DNA of 39,762 nt from Bacteroidaceae bacterium (GTDB lineage Bacteria > Bacillota_I > Bacilli_A > RF39 > UBA660). Of this stretch, positions 28,140 through 35,941 are shown piece by piece. The stretch's first letter is position 1. Each line of letters opens with the position of its first letter. Both the position numbers and the translations under genes were made by a program. The notes beneath the pieces are model-generated. The model worked only from the letters and a program-made list of their open reading frames with translations. It was not told the origin of the DNA and did no database searches. The stretch lies in contig CAVFIB010000003.1 of NCBI GenBank assembly GCA_963622385.1, forward strand, positions 1 to 39,762, given 5' to 3'.

Positions 28140-29255
28140 CTAATTATCAATATTTTTCATTATATAATCCCCAATTAATTTAGTAGATTGTCCTAATTTG
28201 CTTGGTAAGTATTTTTTTCTAAAATCTTCATATGCTTTAACATCATAAGTATCTTCGTTAATGATTCTGAATAAATCTTTTATGTTTTTTGACGTACAAG
28301 TTGGTAAAACCTTAGTAGCATCTAAGTTTATACCGTTTTCTGACATATACTTGTCATAATCATAGACATAAAAAAGGACTTTTTTGTCAAGAACAGCAGC
28401 TTCTAAACAAATTGATGAATAGTCTGTTATAACATAATCAGCAACAGCTAATAGTTCTATATTTTTAAATCCTGGGCAATCATATATAACATTATGATCA
28501 AATTCAAGAGGTTGATTAGGATGCCCTCTTACAATTAATACAAAATCATCTTTATTGTATTCTTTAAACATTTTAGCTGGTCCATCTATATCATACTTCC
28601 TAAAAGTTGGGGCATAATATACTATTTTTTTGTTTTTGAATTCAGGATACTTTTCAAATACTTCTTTTTTGAATTTATTTTCATTTTCTAATAGATAATC
28701 TATTCTTGGAAGTCCATAATGTAATAAAACATCTTTTTTAACATTAAATCCAGCCTCATAAAAATCATCAAATGCTGGTCCTCCAGCAAGTATCTTTGTA
28801 TAGTTTTTATGCATGCACATAAGTTCGGCCATTTTTTTGCTTCTTCCAGAGGCGGTATCAAGTGTTTGATATCCTGACTTTTTAATTTTACCAATAGAAT
28901 GCCATATTTGCAAGACAACAAGGCTTTTTTTATGGTTTAAAACACAGACTGGAATGCAGTAAGAATCAATTATTGCTATTTTTGATGTTGCTAAATGATA
29001 CATTTGTCTGATGATTGTAAAGAAATATGCTATTTTTTTAAATATATTTCCTTCAATTCTTTTACACAAAAATACCATTTTTATACTGCTGTCTCTTTTT
29101 CTTATTTCATCTCTTATCATACTAAAGTCTGTATTTATATCATTGGTTTGTCTGCTTATAAATACTATTTTCTTATTATTGGTAGGTAATAGTTTTAAGA
29201 AGAAATAAATAAATTTTAAGATTCCTTTAAAAATATAAATAGCTATTGTTTTCAT
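28140..29255 (-). CDS. TagB/TagF-family (Glyphos_transf) polyol-phosphate transferase
   Basis: An N-terminal amphipathic segment is followed by motifs shared with the C-terminal half of the 893-aa fusion: VFISRQ, QIWHSIG, ILAGGPAF, GLPRIDYL, YAPTFR and ITDYSSI. Confidence 0.8.
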   Translation of the reverse strand: MKTIAIYIFKGILKFIYFFLKLLPTNNKKIVFISRQTNDINTDFSMIRDEIRKRDSSIKMVFLCKRIEGNIFKKIAYFFTIIRQMYHLATSKIAIIDSYCIPVCVLNHKKSLVVLQIWHSIGKIKKSGYQTLDTASGRSKKMAELMCMHKNYTKILAGGPAFDDFYEAGFNVKKDVLLHYGLPRIDYLLENENKFKKEVFEKYPEFKNKKIVYYAPTFRKYDIDGPAKMFKEYNKDDFVLIVRGHPNQPLEFDHNVIYDCPGFKNIELLAVADYVITDYSSICLEAAVLDKKVLFYVYDYDKYMSENGINLDATKVLPTCTSKNIKDLFRIINEDTYDVKAYEDFRKKYLPSKLGQSTKLIGDYIMKNIDN

Positions 29256-29612
29256 ATTAATTATACCATTGGTAAACGTAATGGTTACCCAACCTTTCTA
29301 TCAGTTCTTCTTTTTTTATATTATTACATACTATAGACCTAATAAGAACTCAGATAATTCTTTTGCCTTGAAGTTAAAATAAATATCAGTTATTCTTCTT
29401 GCTATAGTTAAATGTTACAAGGTACTAGCCATAAATTAGACACCTCTCTAGTAATTATTATATCATACTATTGACGTAAAACAAAATTTTTACTTTATTA
29501 TACCTTGTTTTTTGTAGTAATTACCTAGTTTTTTGTTACGTTGTCCTCCAAAAACTTGTATTATATTAACTCCTGATGAGTTGTTGGCTTCAATTACAGA
29601 GAAACTACTATA

Positions 29613-31103
29613 TCAGTTCTTTTTGAAATGCATTTGTACTTCGCGTAAATATTTTATTACAAAGCGTAGTAATAGAAAGTGTTCGATAAGTAATGAGCTG
29701 TTATCCTCAACAGAATATATTTTATTTTTTAATATACCACATCTTTTTTTCATTTTATTGTGCTTATCAACATTTATATTTGGTTTAAATATAATATCCG
29801 ATCCATTATACTTTGTGTAAAACATGAGTCTTGTTTTTTTTCTATCTAAAGTAATAAAACCAGAAAAACTTTTAATAATATTCATGTCATCATTTAAAAA
29901 TGATTTTCTATTCTTATCTGTTTCTAAAAGATTTATTTTATAAGTTTTTCCAACTTCATCAATATATAAATGATTAAACTCAAAATATGATGACATTTTT
30001 ATTAATCCATTTATCCAGAGTTTTCCTTTTTTTAAGGACATATTAGTTATAGTAAAACTATTTTTATTTATTATTTTATCAATTTTTTTATTTTTGAAGT
30101 AAGCAAAACCATCTTTGAATTCAAGAGCATCTTCAGGCAATTCATCGTATTTTAGCTTCAGTAAATACAATTTGGTATCTAAAACAACTTTATTTGTATT
30201 AATTATAACATCATCGTCAATTTGTTTTATTATGTTAATTATTTTACTTTGATAATCTTTTTTTATATCTGGAGATATGTTTTCAGGAATTTCTTCCCCT
30301 ACCCTATATTTTATGGCATTAATAAGAATGTATTGTATATATGGCAATATTGACTTATATTTGTTTTTTGAAAGTTCTACTAAATATTCATAATAATACT
30401 TTACGGTGTCTGTATATGCTTCAACTCTATATTTTTTATTTTGAGTTGCAGATGTCATATCAAATCTTTTTCTTATATTATAGGTACAATCACTCATTAA
30501 AGCATATTTTTCTTTTTTTAATATAATTTCGGTTACATATTTTGCATCTTCGGCATACTTTAACTTTTCATCAAATTTATAATTCTTTGCAACTTCTGTT
30601 CTTATAAAAACCGAAGCAACACTTAATTGGATAAAACTTGGATAGTCATTAATATTTATTATTTTATTTCCGTTCTTGTATTTATAATCTAAAGAATGAA
30701 CACTTTTTTTGCCTTCGAAATATTTTTGCCTACAGCTAATTAGATCAATGTTTTTATTGATGTCAAAAAAGTGGTTAATTTTTTCAAAAACATCGTTGTT
30801 CCAAATATCGTCAGCATCAAAAAAATTGATATACTCACCAGTGGCGAGTTTGAGTCCTTCATTCCTAGCTTTTGAAACACCACTATTTTTTTGCTTTTTA
30901 TAAATTACATTGTCGGGATATCTGCTTACATATTTTTTGCATATTTCATCTGAATTATCTGTACTTCCATCATTAATAAGGATTAATTCAATATTTTTTT
31001 CAAAGCCTATTGTTTGATTGATAACAGAGCTAATTGATTCGTCCAGAAAATGTCCAACATTATATATAGGCATAACAACTGAAAATTTAATTTTCTTACT
31101 CAT
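29613..31103 (-). CDS. TarS-like GT2 glycosyltransferase (GT-A + helical linker + beta-rich C-terminal domain)
   Basis: It is paralogous to aa 1 to about 480 of the 893-aa fusion: FSVVMPIYNVGHFL, LINDGSTDNS, NSGVSKARN, FDADD and AEDAKY. It has no phosphotransferase domain. AAGAGGTG is an upstream RBS. Confidence 0.85.
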   Translation of the reverse strand: MSKKIKFSVVMPIYNVGHFLDESISSVINQTIGFEKNIELILINDGSTDNSDEICKKYVSRYPDNVIYKKQKNSGVSKARNEGLKLATGEYINFFDADDIWNNDVFEKINHFFDINKNIDLISCRQKYFEGKKSVHSLDYKYKNGNKIININDYPSFIQLSVASVFIRTEVAKNYKFDEKLKYAEDAKYVTEIILKKEKYALMSDCTYNIRKRFDMTSATQNKKYRVEAYTDTVKYYYEYLVELSKNKYKSILPYIQYILINAIKYRVGEEIPENISPDIKKDYQSKIINIIKQIDDDVIINTNKVVLDTKLYLLKLKYDELPEDALEFKDGFAYFKNKKIDKIINKNSFTITNMSLKKGKLWINGLIKMSSYFEFNHLYIDEVGKTYKINLLETDKNRKSFLNDDMNIIKSFSGFITLDRKKTRLMFYTKYNGSDIIFKPNINVDKHNKMKKRCGILKNKIYSVEDNSSLLIEHFLLLRFVIKYLREVQMHFKKN

Positions 31104-31114
31104 ATAGCACCTCT

Positions 31115-32239
31115 TTACTCATTAACTGGTAGTTCCCATTTTTTTATGTTCTTGTTTTTCTTTTTTAGTCTTTTATAATTGATAAGTTTTTCCAGTTGTT
31201 TTTTCTTTCCAATTTCATCAGGTATTTGTTGCCCTAAAAACTGTGTTTTCCCGTTTCCTTCGACTATTACTACTTCACCTTTGTCATTGATTGCAACATC
31301 CCAACCTATGTATCTTGTTTTATCAAATGCTAATGCTGCTTTTTTAGCTACATTTATTACCTCTTTCCATTTTGGTATCTGAAAACCTTTAAATCTAATA
31401 TTGGTATCTGGATGAAACTCATAAACTATATTGGTTTCATCTTTGCCATCAGTAATTATAATACCTGTTTCTGGATCTATCATAGCAAGTATTCCTCCAT
31501 CTCCGCCATTATCTACAAATGAAGAACCTTGTCCAACCTTTATAAATGGTAAATGAATGAAGACATTATCTTTCTCATCTCTATATGTTACTATTCTTAA
31601 AGTGTTAAGAGATTCTGGATGTAAAGAAGCTGTTTCTTTGCACTGGATAATTCTTTCTTCTAGTATTACTTCACCGTCTCTTAAAATATAATTAAACATG
31701 TTTTTCATGTTATCATAATTAGATAAATCTATCAGTTCTATTCCGGATCCAAAAGATGATGAAATAGGTTTTTTAACGAATTGATTATGTTTATGTACAA
31801 AATTTTCAAATTCTTTATAATCTTTTTCTCCTATTTTTATCATATCTCTTTTGTAAAATTTCTTTAAAAGCTCATAAGTTTTATATTTATCATTCAAAGT
31901 TTGTTGTCCTTCTTTTTTTCCTAACAAATACAAATAATTTTGTCTATCCCTATTAATTATAAATTTTTTTCTTTGAAAATGATTCTTGTTTTTAAATCCA
32001 AACAAGAAATATTCCTTAAATGATAAATTATAATGTACTCTACAATAACTCATATCATTTTTAAAGTAGTTTTTTTCTGTATTTGATAAATTATGTTTAT
32101 TTGTATATGTATCTATTGTTTCATTTATAACCTTTTTTCTTATTTCATTTGAGCAATAATACATTTTTCTTAAAATAAACGGTCTAAAGAAAATTGATTT
32201 TCTAGCAAGTCCCATTATAATTTTCTTTTTTGTTACCAT
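31115..32239 (-). CDS. ATP-grasp ligase, sugar-transfer-associated type (paralogue 1)
   Basis: The ordered motifs are VKKPISSSFGSGI, ILEERIIQ, LNTLRIVT, VDNGGDGGILAMIDPETG, HPDT, IPKW and IGWDVAINDKGEVVIVEGNG. GGGAGTG is an upstream RBS. Confidence 0.75.
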   Translation of the reverse strand: MVTKKKIIMGLARKSIFFRPFILRKMYYCSNEIRKKVINETIDTYTNKHNLSNTEKNYFKNDMSYCRVHYNLSFKEYFLFGFKNKNHFQRKKFIINRDRQNYLYLLGKKEGQQTLNDKYKTYELLKKFYKRDMIKIGEKDYKEFENFVHKHNQFVKKPISSSFGSGIELIDLSNYDNMKNMFNYILRDGEVILEERIIQCKETASLHPESLNTLRIVTYRDEKDNVFIHLPFIKVGQGSSFVDNGGDGGILAMIDPETGIIITDGKDETNIVYEFHPDTNIRFKGFQIPKWKEVINVAKKAALAFDKTRYIGWDVAINDKGEVVIVEGNGKTQFLGQQIPDEIGKKKQLEKLINYKRLKKKNKNIKKWELPVNE

Positions 32240-32256
32240 ATAATCACTCCCATCGA

Positions 32257-33315
32257 TTATTTTATTAAATGATGATATCTGTAAAAGTCTCCTAAAGGTT
32301 TATTTTTTTGTCCCCCCCATAACTGAAGAATGTTTATACCTGAAGAGGCATTTGCTTCTATGATGCACATACCTTTTTCTGTTAAAAGTACATCCCATGC
32401 AACAAAGTTTAAATACGGAAATTTATTAGCTAAGTCAACTATTTCACGTTTTATCTTATTCCAATTCGGAATTTTAACTCCTTCTATAGGACGTTTACTA
32501 TCAGGGTGTATTTTGTAAGTATTTGTGTTGTGTAGACATTTAGCAGCGCTTAATTCACCTGTTTCTAAATCCACCTTTGCAACAAGACCTCCTTGACTAC
32601 CGTTATCAACAGGTATTGTATTAAAAGTTCCTATTCTTTGAACAGCAAAATAAAGGATAAATTTTTCAGTTTTCGGATCTTTAAAGGTTACTAGTCTAAG
32701 AGTATTAGAAGTTTTGTCATAAAGATTATTCAAATATTCGTTTTGTTTTACTGTTTCGCAAACAAAATAGTTTTTTTCTTTTTCAAAATACTTTAGAACA
32801 TCATTTCTAGTTGTTTCTTTTTCATTTATAAAGTACTTTTTATCTATATATTCAAAAGTAGCTACGCCATTACCTTTTCCACTATCTATAGGTTTTAAAT
32901 ATAAACTATTATTTTTTTCTAAGAATTGTACTAGTTCCTCAGCAGTATTTATATTTTCGCCAAAATTAGCAATGGATTTATTTTGTTTCAGACAATATAT
33001 CGCTGGAACATATACATATTGTTTTAACAGCTCAGTAGTTACTATTTTGTTGTTTAAAATGAATTTGTAATTGCCATTAATGTATCTTGATTTATACCAA
33101 TCAAATTCTGACAAGTATTCTTTTTTTCTTTTGTGATTAAGTTTATACAGTACTACTTGGTCTCCTATATATCCACCATTAATGTTCCAATAAAGTCTCT
33201 TGAAAAAAGGGACTTTCATATGGGATTTGGCAAATAAAATTCTAACTATCCACAGAAGGGCTAATCTCGCTTTTCTTCCTAAATAATCATTAGTTCTTCT
33301 TAAAAATTTCATCAT
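32257..33315 (-). CDS. ATP-grasp ligase, sugar-transfer-associated type (paralogue 2)
   Basis: The motifs are YLKPIDSGKGNGV, FVCETVKQ, NTLRLVT, VDNGSQGGLVAKVDLETG, HPDS, IPNW and VAWDVLLTEKGMCIIEANAS. The ORF-track start at 33324 is a GTG. I prefer the ATG at 33315 (or 33312), 5-8 nt after AAGGTGA. Confidence 0.75.
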   Translation of the reverse strand: MMKFLRRTNDYLGRKARLALLWIVRILFAKSHMKVPFFKRLYWNINGGYIGDQVVLYKLNHKRKKEYLSEFDWYKSRYINGNYKFILNNKIVTTELLKQYVYVPAIYCLKQNKSIANFGENINTAEELVQFLEKNNSLYLKPIDSGKGNGVATFEYIDKKYFINEKETTRNDVLKYFEKEKNYFVCETVKQNEYLNNLYDKTSNTLRLVTFKDPKTEKFILYFAVQRIGTFNTIPVDNGSQGGLVAKVDLETGELSAAKCLHNTNTYKIHPDSKRPIEGVKIPNWNKIKREIVDLANKFPYLNFVAWDVLLTEKGMCIIEANASSGINILQLWGGQKNKPLGDFYRYHHLIK

Positions 33316-33320
33316 AATTA

Positions 33321-35711
33321 TCACCTTTTCTCTCTTCGATCAATAAATTTAAATAATTTATGTGGCATATGTTTATCATATCCATATATTTTCTTTTTTT
33401 GTTCTATTTTATATAATAAATACTTCATGGAACGTGGCTTCAATTTATCTATTTTCATATAATCAGGATACCTATTTATTTCTGGGAATTTGATTCCATT
33501 ATCTGTAATAGATACGTCAAAACCAAAATATTCAATCTGTTCAAAAAAACTGGAAATTTCTTTTATGTCATTTAAGATTTTTTCCCAATTGGGTATAGAT
33601 CCTTCGATAGGAACATGCGTATCTGGATGTTCTTTGCATGGTGCTATTTTTAAATCATCTGTTATTATTAATGCATCATGGAAAACACCTGTTTCTTCAT
33701 CAATAGTAACATTGATTCCACCAGCACCAATATTATCGACAGTACCAGTTTTACTTGAACCGAATCTCATATAAACATTTCCAACTTCAGGAGTTTTGCC
33801 ATCTGCTTTAAAAACTATTACTCTCATAGTGTTAACGGATCCAGCATATATTTTATTTATAAAATCACTCTGTTTAATATACTCAGTCACCAAATACTCA
33901 TTATTCTTATCTGATAATATATTGATGATATCTTGTTCAGTAGCTTCATTTAAGTTTAAGTATAACTTATTGTTTTTATAGCTTACTCTATAAAAACCTT
34001 CTCCATGAGAACCATTATCTCTTTTTAAGGCTATATCTCCTTCTTTTTTTATTAAATTAAATATATCTCTATAAGTGTTTTTATATCCTCTTGGACAATC
34101 CATCATTGGAATTATTTTATTTTCACCTTGTCTTAGCCCAATATAATAATAATATTTCGGAAACAAATGATTATACTCGCTGGCAATGTGTTTAATTGTT
34201 ATCTTATCTTCGAACCATACTTTATAATAGTTATTTATATGTCTTAACCATCTATACTCAAAATCAGATATGAATTCTTTATAGTTATCTTTAGTTATGC
34301 CATACTGGTCTAATCTATATGATAAGAAGCCATGCCTATATGCCCAAAGTTTTGTTTTTACTGGTACATCTTTATTTTCAAAAAAATCATCTTTTACATT
34401 TTTTAGCCATCTAAAACTTAGATATGGCACTAATCCTTTAGGGTAAAAAATATCTGCAAATAATTTTGCGAACTTTAATCTTACTTTCTTTGTAAATATC
34501 TTAAACTTAAAACCAAAGTCTGAATATAGTTTTCTTTTAGTGTGGTATTTATAGGTTAAAAATTCGCTGTAGTCTTCGTTGAAATAAGAAGCATTACAAT
34601 ATTCTGGATCATTACAAATATTAACGATTTTGATGCCATTACTTGAAATCATTAGTTTTACTTCAGCCATTTCTATTTGAGGGATTTTTTTGAAAATATC
34701 GTGAATTATAGATTTTATATTTTTAAAATTCTTTTCTACTAAATTTATCAGTTCTTCGTTTTTGTAAACTTTGCTGAGTTTTACTACTTCTTTGCCTCTT
34801 TTGACTAAACAAAATTTAAATCTACCAGTTTTTTCATCAAAGTAAATTCGTGCTTTACTGTCTTCTTGTTCTTTTTCTTTATTTTTTTTATGTTCTTCAA
34901 CACTATAATTTTCTGATTCATCTTTTTTCGAAATATTACTTTGCTTGGTTATATTATCGACTATATAATCGTCATTATTAACTTTTGCAAATAGTTCTCC
35001 AATTAAAGGATCAAGTCCATCCTTATTATATATGCTTAGATAAATAACTGCAGGTTTATCATATACTTTGAACGATTCGTTTGGTTCAACACTTTCAGCA
35101 AGGATCAAACTATTGACTTTTTTAGCAGTTTTTTTAATAAATGAATCTAATTTGTCTTGCTCTATTTCTTTGCCATCAAGAAAAAACTTTTTATCGGTAT
35201 ATTTGATAGAAAACTTTTTTTTATAATCTGAGTACATTAATACCAATGACTTTTGTTTTTTTATGAAATCATAAAAAGAAATTTCATCATTTTTTAATTT
35301 TTTATCGATAGCAATTATTTTTAAATTTCCATCTCTTAAGTACAATTGATAATAAATGGAAAGTAAGTTTTTATTTAACTCATTAAGTACTTTGTATGTT
35401 GTTACGGCATCAGATAACCAAACATTGTATTTTCCATTAGCTCCATATAAATACAAATATTTTTTATATGAAAGATATTTATTGACGTTTTTATTATTAA
35501 TCTTTAATGTTTTCATTTGATTAGGCAAATATCCATATTTATATGCTTTTATTTTATTGAAAAATGATGTTTTGTGATCGTGAAAAAAATTGTCAATTGC
35601 TTTTTCTTTCCATTCCATCGCTGCATTAAGTGTATAGCCATTATAAACCATTCTTGATGAGATGAATGCTAGAATACTTTTTTTCAACTTCGTTTTTTGC
35701 ACATTTGACAC
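33321..35711 (-). CDS. Two-module ATP-grasp protein: degenerate N-terminal module + intact C-terminal sugar-transfer-associated ATP-grasp ligase (paralogue 3)
   Basis: The C-terminal module (aa about 395-796) has ALKRDNGSHGEGF, LVTEYIKQ, NTMRVIV, VDNIGAGGINVTIDEETG, HPDT, IPNW and FGFDVSITDNGIKFPEINRYPDY. The N-terminal module aligns with it by eye but lacks the Lys/Gly loop, the GG loop and the E-x-N motif. The start is a GTG at 35711 or 35702, and the second has AGGGG 8 nt upstream. The gene begins 2-11 nt after the xseB stop. Confidence 0.75.
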   Translation of the reverse strand: MSNVQKTKLKKSILAFISSRMVYNGYTLNAAMEWKEKAIDNFFHDHKTSFFNKIKAYKYGYLPNQMKTLKINNKNVNKYLSYKKYLYLYGANGKYNVWLSDAVTTYKVLNELNKNLLSIYYQLYLRDGNLKIIAIDKKLKNDEISFYDFIKKQKSLVLMYSDYKKKFSIKYTDKKFFLDGKEIEQDKLDSFIKKTAKKVNSLILAESVEPNESFKVYDKPAVIYLSIYNKDGLDPLIGELFAKVNNDDYIVDNITKQSNISKKDESENYSVEEHKKNKEKEQEDSKARIYFDEKTGRFKFCLVKRGKEVVKLSKVYKNEELINLVEKNFKNIKSIIHDIFKKIPQIEMAEVKLMISSNGIKIVNICNDPEYCNASYFNEDYSEFLTYKYHTKRKLYSDFGFKFKIFTKKVRLKFAKLFADIFYPKGLVPYLSFRWLKNVKDDFFENKDVPVKTKLWAYRHGFLSYRLDQYGITKDNYKEFISDFEYRWLRHINNYYKVWFEDKITIKHIASEYNHLFPKYYYYIGLRQGENKIIPMMDCPRGYKNTYRDIFNLIKKEGDIALKRDNGSHGEGFYRVSYKNNKLYLNLNEATEQDIINILSDKNNEYLVTEYIKQSDFINKIYAGSVNTMRVIVFKADGKTPEVGNVYMRFGSSKTGTVDNIGAGGINVTIDEETGVFHDALIITDDLKIAPCKEHPDTHVPIEGSIPNWEKILNDIKEISSFFEQIEYFGFDVSITDNGIKFPEINRYPDYMKIDKLKPRSMKYLLYKIEQKKKIYGYDKHMPHKLFKFIDRREKR

Positions 35712-35713
35712 CC

Positions 35714-35941
35714 CTATTCTACTACCTTAAACTCTTCTTCTTCACCATTTTTATTTAATGCCTTAACAATTGTTTCACTTGCATTTTCAAGTATCTTATT
35801 GCAGTTATTTGCTAGGGTCATTCCTTCGTTAAACTTATCTATTGCATCGTCAAGAGCAATATCTCCGCTTTCTAATTTTTTTACTATTTCTTCTAGTTTA
35901 TTTAGATTTTCTTCAAAAGAATTGTTTTCGTTATTTTTCAT
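35714..35941 (-). CDS. xseB: Exodeoxyribonuclease VII small subunit
   Basis: It is 75 aa with the motif FEENLNKLEEIVKKLESGDIALDDAIDKFNEG. It overlaps the xseA stop. Confidence 0.9.
   Translation of the reverse strand: MKNNENNSFEENLNKLEEIVKKLESGDIALDDAIDKFNEGMTLANNCNKILENASETIVKALNKNGEEEEFKVVE

Noticed and set aside
11584-31103. Homopolymeric A/T tracts of 7-9 nt inside the glycosyltransferase genes could be slipped-strand phase-variation switches. One example is the A8 at codons 2-4 of the 893-aa gene near 24204-24211.
   Set aside because: Tracts of this length occur throughout this very AT-rich window, including in housekeeping genes. All the reading frames are intact. Without population or strain data there is no signal above background.
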